Source of the DNA: a bacterium
Lineage (GTDB): Bacteria; Bacteroidota; Ignavibacteria; SZUA-365
Assembly (NCBI GenBank): GCA_020444325.1
Contig: JAHLLD010000003.1
Location: 21,572 to 85,571, forward strand
Direction of reading: 5' to 3'
DNA length: 64,000 nt
Each line of letters opens with the position of its first letter. Position 1 is the stretch's first letter. The notes below the pieces were generated by a model that saw nothing but the letters and a program-made list of their open reading frames with translations, was not told the origin of the DNA and did not search any database. The position numbers were made by a program, and so were the translations under genes. Shown here piece by piece: positions 49,345 to 58,401 of this stretch.

Positions 49345-51075
49345 TCAGAAGCGCAGCACCGCTCCTCCCATCATGAAGAAGGGGCGCTCACGATAGTCAT
49401 CCCATTGTTCGTAAGACTGATCAAGCAGATTGTCGACGCGCAGGAACAGGGAGGCATAATCCGTCAGACGGTATTCACATTCGAAGCCGAGGATCAGCCA
49501 GGCGGGAATGTCCGCGCCGTCAGAATTCACCTGTCCTCCGGCGAGCTGCGTGCTGGCCTGCAGGGTCAGGTCAAAGGGAAAGCTGTGCTGCAGCATGAGG
49601 CGAAGCTCATACGAGGGCATGTACGGGATGCTGCCGTCGACGACATCGTTATGCGTAGAACGGAACAGCGCGCTTCCCTGGATGCGCGTTGCCGTACTGA
49701 AGGCGTGAGCAAGATCACCACGCAGATCCAGCATGCTGCTGTTTCCATCATAGTGCAGTGCCCATTGCTGCCGCACGGGATCAGGCAGAAGGGAAAAGCG
49801 CGCGATGGACGATGAGGAACTGTAAGATGCGATGATACGTGCGGAACTCCGGTGCCTGTTGTCCCATTCCGCCGCGGCTTCGAAGCGCAGGGGGATATCA
49901 GTGTGCCGGATTTCGCTGGCAAGCATCATGTAGGGATTGAGATGCATGAAATCCGCGAAGCTGCGCTCCTGCACTTCGGGTGCATACCCGGCATGCAGCT
50001 GCCAGTCGTCCGTCAGCCTGTGGCGGAAAAGTATGGTAGGATACAGCCGGAGCTGTGTTGCCTGCATGCTGCCGCGAAACAGGTAGAGGCGTGCACGGAC
50101 GTCAAGGCTGTTTTTTACATCGAAACGGTGAATGGTCGCGGCGCCTGCGTGCATGAAAAATGGCCGCGTGCTGCCTTCCGCTGCCTCGGAAAGATCATTG
50201 ACGTGAATGCCTCCGCTCGTCTCGAGACGATAGCCGGGAACGCGCAGTGTGGCCGTGCCATCGAGTCCGATACGGTTTTCCAGGCTGCTGTAGTCCTCGA
50301 GGTCCATGGTATCGCGAACGGCGAGCTGCTCATCGACGCCGGTATGACGGAAGAACAGCGAGAGGGAGTGGTCGAGAATGGTATTCCGGCGTGAGATCAG
50401 GTCGGCCTGCCAGTCGAGCTGTGTCAGGCTGCGACGAAAATCCAGTGCGGGGGCATCCTGCTGCAGCTTGTCCGCATACAACCCGTATTCATGAACCCGC
50501 GCGTGAAACGCACCCTGGATACGTGAAGAAGCGAGCAGCGGCGTAAGGTTGCGGGGGAGATAGGTACCCGCATCGATATCGAAATTGAAACGGCTGTAAT
50601 CGGCCCGTGGTACATGTCCATCACTGCGTTCATACAGCACATGCGAAGCGAGGTCGCCAAGCTGATAGCGATCGGCATACCATGCCTGCAGATGGGGGGT
50701 CGACCAGGTGCCAATCCCGGCTTTGAGGCGGAACACCTCTTCACTGCCGGTCAGGGCGCGTTTGCGCAGGGGCATGCGTGTCGGCTCGGTACCGAAGAAC
50801 CGCTGCTCCCGTATCCCGCGTCCCGCGCGTGCCGTAAAGCCGGCATTGTCGGGCCAGGAAAGTGTTGTTTTCCTGTCCTCGGTAAAGCTGATCATATCGC
50901 TGCCGGTGATGACATATTCCGGGAGGTCGAGCGCGGGCAGCACATCGGATGCCTGCCTGGTTTCGGGTTCGAAATTACGCACCGGGGGACGCGGTTTGTC
51001 CTGTGCCTGCGCAGTTGCAGGGAGCAGGCAGGAAAGAATGGCTGGGAGAAAGAGCAGACGGAGATATTTCATCAT
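49345..51075 (-). CDS. TonB-dependent-receptor-like outer-membrane beta-barrel (short, TonB-box-like N-terminus)
   Basis: 576 aa. Signal MMKYLRLLFLPAILSCLLPATAQA, TonB-box-like LPEYVITGS. TBDR-type C-terminus ...DNLLDQSYEQ...GGAVLRF. Too short for a full plug plus 22-strand barrel. Confidence 0.55.
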   Translation of the reverse strand: MMKYLRLLFLPAILSCLLPATAQAQDKPRPPVRNFEPETRQASDVLPALDLPEYVITGSDMISFTEDRKTTLSWPDNAGFTARAGRGIREQRFFGTEPTRMPLRKRALTGSEEVFRLKAGIGTWSTPHLQAWYADRYQLGDLASHVLYERSDGHVPRADYSRFNFDIDAGTYLPRNLTPLLASSRIQGAFHARVHEYGLYADKLQQDAPALDFRRSLTQLDWQADLISRRNTILDHSLSLFFRHTGVDEQLAVRDTMDLEDYSSLENRIGLDGTATLRVPGYRLETSGGIHVNDLSEAAEGSTRPFFMHAGAATIHRFDVKNSLDVRARLYLFRGSMQATQLRLYPTILFRHRLTDDWQLHAGYAPEVQERSFADFMHLNPYMMLASEIRHTDIPLRFEAAAEWDNRHRSSARIIASYSSSSSIARFSLLPDPVRQQWALHYDGNSSMLDLRGDLAHAFSTATRIQGSALFRSTHNDVVDGSIPYMPSYELRLMLQHSFPFDLTLQASTQLAGGQVNSDGADIPAWLILGFECEYRLTDYASLFLRVDNLLDQSYEQWDDYRERPFFMMGGAVLRF

Positions 51076-54074
51076 TTGAGTATCTCCAGTCTTGTTTTTG
51101 CTTCCGCGGCCTCTTCGGACCCCGCGTATTTGGTCAGCACGTCGTTGTAATATTTCATCGCCTCGCTGGTTTGTCCTTCAGCTTCGCTGATGCGTGCGAG
51201 CTGCAGCAGTGCGCGCGCATTCCAGAGGGAAGCATTGTCGCGGTAGACATAGCCGACTCGCAGCAGGGCTTCGCGGGCTTCACCGTAGCGTTTTGCATGC
51301 GCCAGCAGCTGGCCGCTGCGGTACTGTGCTTCGGCACCCACGGCATCGACACGCGTACTCGAGATCTGGCGCAATTCCTTGAGTGCCGTCTCCAGGTCAC
51401 CTTCCTCGGCGGTGAGCACCGCGAGTTCTATCGTGGCGAGGGCAGCGTAGCGGTCTTCAGGCTGCGCCTTGCGGGCGGCCTCAAAATCCTTCCGTGCTGC
51501 AGCGAATTGCTTGTCCGATTTGTACACGAGCCCGCGTCGGTAATAGACTTCTGCCCGATGTCCCCGGGCAGCGGGGTCGTTGAGCAGTTCCTCGCAGATG
51601 ACACGGGCCTTGTTGCGGTCCTGTTGCGCCATGGCGGTTTCGGCAAGCGCGAACTTGGCGCGGACGGCAAGCGGACTCTTTGGATTGAGACTGATTGCTT
51701 CGCGCAGTGTTTTTTCTGCGTCATCGAGATCGTCGTTCTCCCTGAACGCTTCACCAAGAAGCAGGTGTGCTTCCTGGAGCAGGGGGGAGGAAGGATGAGA
51801 TTTGATGAAGCCCTGGAGAGCGGGGATACTGCGTTCAGGTTCCCCCTGTGCTGCCAGGTCGCGCAGATTTGCGAATGCGACTTCGTCGGCGGCACCGCTG
51901 CGGGGATTGGACTGCAGCCATTGCTCCTTCACCGAAGCAGCCTCGGCTTCCCGACCCTGCATGCGCAGCGCCTGGGCGAGTCCATCAAGCGCATCGCTCA
52001 CCTTCGGAGAATCCGGATGCCTGGTGAGCACGCTGCGGTAGCTTTCCTCCGCTGCCTCGTATTCGCCTTTATTGTAGTAGCAATCGGCTATGCTGTAGCG
52101 TGCCTGGGGAAGCAGCGGACTCTGTGGCCAGTCACGGATCAGCTTCTCAAACTCCATGATGGCAACATCATAGTCCTTGCTCTGGAAATACATCCACGCG
52201 AGTGAGAACTGTGCCTTGTCACCGTATTCCGATTCCGGGTAACGCGCCAGCAGTCCTTTCAGCGTCGAAATCGCGGCGGGCGTATTCCCGAGCCGATGCT
52301 CACACGAAGCGAGCTGCAGAAGGGCATAGGCGGAAAGGGGATTCGCGGAATACATCCGCGAGGTGTAGCGGTAGGTTTTCGCCGCGTCGGAGAAATGCTT
52401 CTGGGCGTACTGCGCGTCGCCGAGACGGACATTGGCGTCGACGTCATGCGTACCCGCACGGAATTCCGTGGTCAGGCGGTGAAATGCCTTTTCCGCATCA
52501 GCAAACTGCTGTGCACGGAAATGTGCCCATCCGAGTCCGTACAACGCGTCCTGCGTCACGTCAGGATTCTGCGTTTCAGCGAGCGCCTGGTTGTACACGA
52601 TGACGGCGTCGTCGAATTCATCGGTCTTGAAGTAGCTTTCCCCCAGCCAGAGCAGCGCTTCCGTCTTCCGTCCATCAGCCGGGTATTTCTGCAGAAAGTT
52701 TTTGAGGACGACAATGGCGTCCGGGTATTTCTTCGCCTGATACAGCGCGAAGCCCTGGCGGAACAGTGCCTTGGAGAGAATCTCCTGCGAGGCGTCTTTC
52801 ACCGCCGCGGCCGCCGCGTACGCTGGTGCGGCAGCGGCCGGATCGTGCAGCGCAAGCCAGCATTCGCCTTTCATGAACCAGGCGTCGGCGATGACGTCGC
52901 TCTCCGGGAAATTTTCGGTCACCGAGTTGAAATGCTGAAGCGCGGTCTGCAGGGCTTTTTCATTGAAGGCCGCCATACCGAGTTCGAAATGCGCGTTGTC
53001 GGCGTAACTGCCCGAGGGCTTTGTGGCGATCATTTCGCGGAACACGCTGCGCGCGGCTTCCAGGTTGCCGTTGAGGCGCAGCGCCATACCCTTGCGGAAC
53101 ATGGCCGCCTCGGCGATCTCCCCGTTGCGCTGTGCGAGTTCGTCGAACGTCGCGATGGCTTCGGAGTATTTCTTCTGTTCAATCTGCGTCCAACCCAGCG
53201 AATACTGCACCTGCTGTGCACGTTTGTGATCGGGATACCCTGTGAGGAAGTCCCTGTACAGTGCTTCCGCTTCCGCATACTGTCCGAGTTTGTACCGGGC
53301 TTCGCCGCGGAGATACAGGCGCTCAGCAGCATTTTCCGGATCTGGACTGTCGGTCAGGGATGTGAGCCAGGAAATGGTTTCTTCATACTTGCCGAGCTGA
53401 TAGAGGCAGGCTCCCTTGCGGGTGTACACGCTCGAGAGGAGGGCGCTGGAAGGAAAAACCTTCAGGAAATCTTCGTAATTGTCGAGTGCCTGCTGGTATT
53501 CACCCTGCTTCTCGAGTACGAAGCCGATGGAAAAATATGCGTAATCGCGTATGCTGCCTTCGGGGTAGTGTTCGTAGGCGATGCGGTAATAGCGCAGGGC
53601 CATCGGATAATTGCCATCCTTGAAGGCCGCTTCACCGGCCCAGTAAGCCGATTCGTGCGCCAGGTTACCCTCGGGCCAGCGCTTGACCACCGATGCGAAG
53701 GTCTCGTGTGCCTTGCTGAACTGACCCTGGCGGTAATACACCTCACCTTCACGGAAACCCGCATCATCTGCCAGCTTGCTGTCGGGATACCGTTCCCGGA
53801 ACTGTGCAAACGCAATGGCAGCATCAGGCAGATTCGCATTCTGATACAGCGATTCAGCACAGTAATATGTGGCATCCGGACGTAACGCGCTTTCCGGATA
53901 ATCATCCAGAAACTGTCGGAATTTTTCGAGGGAAAGCTGGTAGTTTTTGTCCTTGAACAGTCCCAGGGCGAAGGCGTAATCCTGCTCCTCCTGGAGCGAT
54001 TTTACCTGCGCAGGTGCGGAAAAAGCCAGAACCAATACCAGGAGAAGTGAGAAGAGGACGGTTGGTCGCACCAT
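51072..54074 (-). CDS. Secreted tetratricopeptide-repeat (TPR) protein
   Basis: 1000 aa. Signal MVRPTVLFSLLLVLVLAFSAPAQ, then more than 20 TPR-like 34-aa units (W-LG-Y...A...F pattern). Stop overlaps the start of the downstream outer-membrane gene. Confidence 0.85.
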   Translation of the reverse strand: MVRPTVLFSLLLVLVLAFSAPAQVKSLQEEQDYAFALGLFKDKNYQLSLEKFRQFLDDYPESALRPDATYYCAESLYQNANLPDAAIAFAQFRERYPDSKLADDAGFREGEVYYRQGQFSKAHETFASVVKRWPEGNLAHESAYWAGEAAFKDGNYPMALRYYRIAYEHYPEGSIRDYAYFSIGFVLEKQGEYQQALDNYEDFLKVFPSSALLSSVYTRKGACLYQLGKYEETISWLTSLTDSPDPENAAERLYLRGEARYKLGQYAEAEALYRDFLTGYPDHKRAQQVQYSLGWTQIEQKKYSEAIATFDELAQRNGEIAEAAMFRKGMALRLNGNLEAARSVFREMIATKPSGSYADNAHFELGMAAFNEKALQTALQHFNSVTENFPESDVIADAWFMKGECWLALHDPAAAAPAYAAAAAVKDASQEILSKALFRQGFALYQAKKYPDAIVVLKNFLQKYPADGRKTEALLWLGESYFKTDEFDDAVIVYNQALAETQNPDVTQDALYGLGWAHFRAQQFADAEKAFHRLTTEFRAGTHDVDANVRLGDAQYAQKHFSDAAKTYRYTSRMYSANPLSAYALLQLASCEHRLGNTPAAISTLKGLLARYPESEYGDKAQFSLAWMYFQSKDYDVAIMEFEKLIRDWPQSPLLPQARYSIADCYYNKGEYEAAEESYRSVLTRHPDSPKVSDALDGLAQALRMQGREAEAASVKEQWLQSNPRSGAADEVAFANLRDLAAQGEPERSIPALQGFIKSHPSSPLLQEAHLLLGEAFRENDDLDDAEKTLREAISLNPKSPLAVRAKFALAETAMAQQDRNKARVICEELLNDPAARGHRAEVYYRRGLVYKSDKQFAAARKDFEAARKAQPEDRYAALATIELAVLTAEEGDLETALKELRQISSTRVDAVGAEAQYRSGQLLAHAKRYGEAREALLRVGYVYRDNASLWNARALLQLARISEAEGQTSEAMKYYNDVLTKYAGSEEAAEAKTRLEILK

Positions 54075-54179
54075 GTGTAGCTCTTCTGTGGGTAAAATCG
54101 AACGACTTAAAGTGATACTATAGATAGTTCACTTAACTGTGACAAATTACGTTTTACGGGTCTGAGTGTCAAGGAAGCG

Positions 54180-54285
54180 GAACACGGACGAAACGATAGG
54201 GCGAATCAAGGGGAACACGGTCAAAACGGATAGGGCGAATCAAGGGGAACACGGATTTTCACGGATTAATACGGATTTTCACGGA
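54180..54285. repeat. Direct repeats in the 423-bp divergent intergenic region between the TPR operon and the RavA-like gene
   Basis: 25-bp perfect direct repeat ATAGGGCGAATCAAGGGGAACACGG (~54196-54220 and ~54230-54254) within about 34-bp units. 15-bp repeat ACGGATTTTCACGGA x2 (~54251-54265 and ~54271-54285). Further downstream CGCGCGAAGTCGCGCGAAGCGGG. Confidence 0.6.
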
Positions 54286-54497
54286 GATACTGGTTGGTGG
54301 GGGAGTTTGTTTCCAATTGGGAAGGGTAGTTTGGAATGGGGTGTTTGCCGAGAACTCCACCGCAACGCGGGGGAAACAACATCGCGCGAAGTCGCGCGAA
54401 GCGGGACGGAGCGGGATGACACCGCGGTTGCGTTCTTTGAGATAAGCGTATAAACCTGTAATTTCTTACCCCTTTCCAATCATGATACAAGTTTACC

Positions 54498-55805
54498 ATG
54501 AACGCAACCGCTACAACATTTTCTCCGGAGCAGGCGCTGGAAATGATACTGGAGGCCATTGAGCTGGTCAACAGGCGCATCATCAACCGCAGGGAGGTGA
54601 TTGATCAGATTTTCTCGGCCATGCTCATGCGGGAACATGCGCTCATTCAGAGTCGCACGGGGGCGGCGAAATCGCTGCTCGCGCAACAGATTTTCAGCAT
54701 GTTCGATGGTGCCAACGTGTTCATGGTGCAGGCATCGAAGGAGCAGCAGCCGGATACGTATTTTGGCGGACTCGATATAGAGGAGCTGAAAAAGGGTCGC
54801 ATCATGCACAATACCACCGATTCGCTGGTCGAGAGCGAGTTCGGCTTCATAGACGAGATTTTCGATGCGAACGACTATACGCTTCGCGCGCTGCTGACCA
54901 CGCTCAATGAGCGGGCGCTCATCCTCGGTGTGCAGCAGGTCCCTGCCCGCGTCCACAGCGTCATCGCCGCCACGAACTATCTGCGCGTCAGTGAGATCAC
55001 CGAAGCACTGCTTGATCGTTTCATTTTCAAGGCGTTGTTCATTCCGGCGAAGGAGCCGTACACGCAGTATCAGATCGCCCAGCGCTACCTGACGCACAAG
55101 GGAAAACCATCCACTCCCGAACAGCGTATTCCCTACGCAGTGCTCAACCGGACGGCAGACGTGATCAAGGGACTGGATGCCGAGTTCAGCATTCGTATTC
55201 CGCTCGAGGTCATTTTCTTTGCGAATTCCGTCGTCCGTTACTACGAAATGCAGAAAAACCGTCTGATCAAGGAGAATCCACAGCAGTATCCGCATGTGAA
55301 GGACTACTATATCTCTCCTCGTACGTATTCCCGGGCGATGGACATGCTGCGCGTTATCGCCTTCCTTCATGGACGCATGGAAGTGATCCCGGAGGACGTT
55401 GAGAAGCTCTGGTATCTTTACACTGTCGTGGGCATTCACGAGGAACGCGACCTCTTCAACAAATGCTATACCAGTCTGTTCAAGCAACTTTCATCATCCC
55501 GCGCCTTCGAACAGATACGGCACATGCTCGAATTCCAGGAATTCATCGAATATCTGAAGACGCATCCCGAACTGCTGAAACGTCCCATCACGGAGATCGA
55601 AGGACAGCCGCTGCGCCGCACACTCACCGAGTGGGCGAAAGAAGCCCTGGGTATCACGAATGCCTCGGTCGAACACAACCGCAGGCTCCTCGAAGGCTAT
55701 TTCAAGACCTTCGAACCTCTCAATGAAGAGATTGCCGACTTCCTCCGTATCCAGCAGCGCGACATCCACGAGCTGTTCCACCCAGGCGTGCATATCTATA
55801 GCTAA
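54498..55805 (+). CDS. RavA/MoxR-like AAA+ ATPase with a divergent Walker A
   Basis: 435 aa. Region SAMLMREHALIQSRTGAAKSLLAQQIF aligns with RavA ...[22 protein letters not shown] (the GPPG is lost, AKS kept). Walker B FGFIDEIFDA, sensor-1 VIAATN. C-terminal ~170 aa alpha-helical extension. Confidence 0.65.
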   Translation: MNATATTFSPEQALEMILEAIELVNRRIINRREVIDQIFSAMLMREHALIQSRTGAAKSLLAQQIFSMFDGANVFMVQASKEQQPDTYFGGLDIEELKKGRIMHNTTDSLVESEFGFIDEIFDANDYTLRALLTTLNERALILGVQQVPARVHSVIAATNYLRVSEITEALLDRFIFKALFIPAKEPYTQYQIAQRYLTHKGKPSTPEQRIPYAVLNRTADVIKGLDAEFSIRIPLEVIFFANSVVRYYEMQKNRLIKENPQQYPHVKDYYISPRTYSRAMDMLRVIAFLHGRMEVIPEDVEKLWYLYTVVGIHEERDLFNKCYTSLFKQLSSSRAFEQIRHMLEFQEFIEYLKTHPELLKRPITEIEGQPLRRTLTEWAKEALGITNASVEHNRRLLEGYFKTFEPLNEEIADFLRIQQRDIHELFHPGVHIYS

Positions 55806-55849
55806 CGCCGGTTGGCAGAGTTACCTGCCTGTACACCGTGATGCGAATA

Positions 55850-55992
55850 GAAAAATGGAACCATCGAAAAATGGAAACATGCCCTGGATGTCATAGTTCA
55901 ATTTTTCCATTTTTCAATCCTTCCATGCTTCACAAATCCCGGGATGCCTGCACAACCCCTATGTGTAATCTGTAATCTGAAATCTGACATCT
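55850..55992. promoter_or_regulatory. Inverted GAAAAATGGAA repeats and a 7-bp tandem repeat just upstream of the vWA gene
   Basis: GAAAAATGGAA x2 (55850-55860, 55866-55876) facing TTCCATTTTT(C) copies at ~55905-55926, forming a long imperfect hairpin. TGTAATC TGTAATC TGAAATC TGACATC (55963-55992) ends 4 nt before the ATG at 55996. Confidence 0.5.
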
Positions 55993-55995
55993 GCC

Positions 55996-57507
55996 ATGCC
56001 GGCGTACGAGCACTTTTTCGACGTAATGGAGGATCTGGGATTCTTCGAGCATATCTATGAGGATTTGCCCGAGGATTTCTCGGCGGTGTTTGAGATTGCG
56101 CGGGTACTGGAGGATGAAAAACATGAATTGACGCAGCGCCTGATGCCGGTGCTGGAATTGCAGAGCAGTGGGGGAAGACGCAATCCGGAGGAGAAGGGGA
56201 GGGATCCACAGGTGTATGTTGACGACAGGGCGGAGTACGAGGCGGGCCTTATCCGTTCTCCCCAGCATTTGCCGCGTATCTACAATTATCAATGGCTGCT
56301 GCCGGATGACGTGTTTTTCCAGCGTCTCGCGAAGAAAGAGCTGTGGGTGCCGTACGCGCAGGAGCCGACGTATTACGCGGTGGACCCGGAATCGGATGAG
56401 TATCGTCCCGACAGTCGCAAGCAGAAACTCTACGTCCTTCTCGATACCTCCAGCTCCATGGCGATGAAAAACCGCATCAATCTCGCCAAGGCCATCGTGT
56501 ACCATTTCCTCAAGCAGAATCTGCGTGAACTGGGTTACATCAACCTCCGCACCTTCGACACGAAAATCGGAGAACTGCATGAAGCGAAAGACACGGCCAG
56601 CTTCCAGGCCCTCCTCACCTATGTCATGCGTCTGCACACGCTGGGCAATGGCACGGCGATGGCGCGCGCGATACGGCAGGCGGTAGAGGATATCAATGCA
56701 CTGCCGCAGCTTGCAGGGACTGAAATTCTCATCATTACTGACGGCGCCTGCGCGCTCAATGAAGATGAAATCCGTGCGATGCTGGGTGAGAGGATTGTTA
56801 TCAACACCATCAAAATCGGTCGTGCACAGCTCATCGCTTCCAAGAGCTATATTCACGACCAGATTTTTGAGGAGGACACCGGACAGCATCGCGTGATTGC
56901 GCGCCTGCAGAAACGCGAACGGGAACTCAAGCATCAGTACGACTACGCTGAGAGTCCACACATCAAACGCCGGTATGAAGAATCCCTCCGCGCCATCCGG
57001 CAGGAAATCGAACGCCAGGTCAATGCCATGACCGAGGAAATTGTCGTCGGTTACGGTCACGAACTCGAACGGCTCTCGTCGCTGTATCTCCAGATAGAAG
57101 ACATCGACCTGCCCGGCATGTTCGATTTCAGGGAGGAGCAATACGACGAGATACATCGGCTTTTCGAGCAGATCGCCCGCGAACTCGACCTGCGCTGTTC
57201 GCTTGACCAGCTTCGTAAACTGGCCCTGATCATCGACCATCTCAGCGTCCTCATCAAAAACACCGAGGATGTGCAGCTGCGCACCAGGCTCGAGGTGCTG
57301 CAGAAGGAGGTCACCCAGCGGCTGACATCCTGTATCGAAACCGAAATGGAGCAAAGCGGGGGAGGACTGTTCCGCTCTCTCGGCAATGCCGATCGGCATG
57401 ATCTGCAGTTCCTGCTTTCGTCCGCATCCACCCTCCACGTCAACCTGTGGCGTGCCTTTATCTGGAAGCTTCTCAGCGGTTTCCGCCGCATCACGGGACG
57501 CGACTGA
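55996..57507 (+). CDS. ViaA-like von Willebrand factor A (vWA) domain protein with a C-terminal coiled coil
   Basis: 503 aa. MIDAS motif DTSSSM (LYVLLDTSSSMAMKNRINLAKAIVYHFL), then ...ILIITDGAC, typical of vWA. Downstream of the RavA-like ATPase. Confidence 0.7.
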   Translation: MPAYEHFFDVMEDLGFFEHIYEDLPEDFSAVFEIARVLEDEKHELTQRLMPVLELQSSGGRRNPEEKGRDPQVYVDDRAEYEAGLIRSPQHLPRIYNYQWLLPDDVFFQRLAKKELWVPYAQEPTYYAVDPESDEYRPDSRKQKLYVLLDTSSSMAMKNRINLAKAIVYHFLKQNLRELGYINLRTFDTKIGELHEAKDTASFQALLTYVMRLHTLGNGTAMARAIRQAVEDINALPQLAGTEILIITDGACALNEDEIRAMLGERIVINTIKIGRAQLIASKSYIHDQIFEEDTGQHRVIARLQKRERELKHQYDYAESPHIKRRYEESLRAIRQEIERQVNAMTEEIVVGYGHELERLSSLYLQIEDIDLPGMFDFREEQYDEIHRLFEQIARELDLRCSLDQLRKLALIIDHLSVLIKNTEDVQLRTRLEVLQKEVTQRLTSCIETEMEQSGGGLFRSLGNADRHDLQFLLSSASTLHVNLWRAFIWKLLSGFRRITGRD

Positions 57508-57744
57508 TAACCCGCGAAAAATTTCTCAAAAAAATCAGAAAATATTTCACTATTCGGGAATTCCGGACAACCCGAAGGTGTTATGTCTCTATCCGTGGAA
57601 TGAGTCCCCACGGCAACGCTTTTCAGGCGTTTGTTTTCCGTCATAAAATCAGTAACTTTAAAGATATGTTTTTTTGAGGATTTCACTGTTTCGTTGAAGC
57701 CCGAAAAACAACACAAAACCAACGCCGAGATCATCGGTGAAGCC

Positions 57745-57957
57745 ATGCGGGAACTGCTCCCGTACACCAACCTCGGCTGGCAGCTGCTCGCCACAATTCT
57801 ATTCTTTTTTGGCGCCGGCTATGGACTCGATTCGCTTCTTGGAAGTGGAGAAATACTGACCATCGTCTTTTCTGTTATCGGCATTGTCTACGGATTGTGG
57901 TCAGTAATCAGAAACGCAAACGAATTACAAAACAAGAAACAATCCAGAGAAAAATGA
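57745..57957 (+). CDS. Small membrane protein, AtpZ-like, preceding the atp operon
   Basis: 70 aa from internal Met MRELLPYTNLGWQLLATILFFFGAGYGLDSLLG; two TM helices. Position and pattern resemble the small proteins found upstream of atpI/atpB. Confidence 0.4.
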   Translation: MRELLPYTNLGWQLLATILFFFGAGYGLDSLLGSGEILTIVFSVIGIVYGLWSVIRNANELQNKKQSREK

Positions 57958-58373
57958 TTACGCGATTCAAACGGCAACTTCGCAACATGAGGATCGAATT
58001 CACGCTCCTCGGACTGCTTTCGGTGCTTTTTGTGAGCTTCACTTATTTGACGAATGAAAACTACACGTTCGGGCCCGACCTGATCGCCGGTTGTATTTTA
58101 AGTGTGACTAATGCATTTTTGGGGTATGTATTCATTGAGAAGGCTTTTCGTCTGAACAATAACCTGTTCATGATGTTTTCGCTGGCCGCGATAACCGTTC
58201 GCTTCTTCCTTATGATAGCTGCAGTCGCCGTGTTCCTGATCACTACAACAACGAATGTCCTTGAATTCGTTGGATCGTTCATGGGCTTCTATTTCACTTT
58301 CCTCATCATGGAAGTGCTGCATATCAACAAGCGGACCGATCAACTCAAGCCAAGAAGAGCTTTCGCCCGATAA
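57954..58373 (+). CDS. AtpI-like hydrophobic protein of the ATP synthase operon
   Basis: Start MITRFKRQLRN overlaps the upstream stop (ATGA). Four predicted TM helices. Assignment is by operon position only. Confidence 0.4.
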   Translation: MITRFKRQLRNMRIEFTLLGLLSVLFVSFTYLTNENYTFGPDLIAGCILSVTNAFLGYVFIEKAFRLNNNLFMMFSLAAITVRFFLMIAAVAVFLITTTTNVLEFVGSFMGFYFTFLIMEVLHINKRTDQLKPRRAFAR

Positions 58374-58401
58374 TTCAACGGAATCCGGACAGTCCATCAT
58401 C

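Noticed and set aside
52296-53885. 529-aa ORF antisense to the TPR protein gene (and 50949-52205, 418 aa)
   Set aside because: The minus-strand TPR protein has a signal peptide and more than 20 recognisable TPR units; the antisense ORFs have none.
54166-54453. 95-aa ORF inside the 423-bp divergent intergenic region
   Set aside because: It reads through the tandem DNA repeats, has an implausible Gly/Arg/Thr-rich composition and no start context. It is treated as non-coding regulatory DNA, with low residual probability of a small protein.
55930-57438. 502-aa ORF antisense to the vWA gene
   Set aside because: The plus-strand protein has a clean MIDAS/vWA signature and follows the RavA-like gene; the antisense ORF has no features.
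57508-57744. Possible Bacteroidetes-type -7 (TAnnTTTG) promoter upstream of the atp operon
   Set aside because: The region is AT-richer and plausibly promoter DNA, but no convincing TAnnTTTG / -33 TTTG pair with correct spacing could be picked out by eye.
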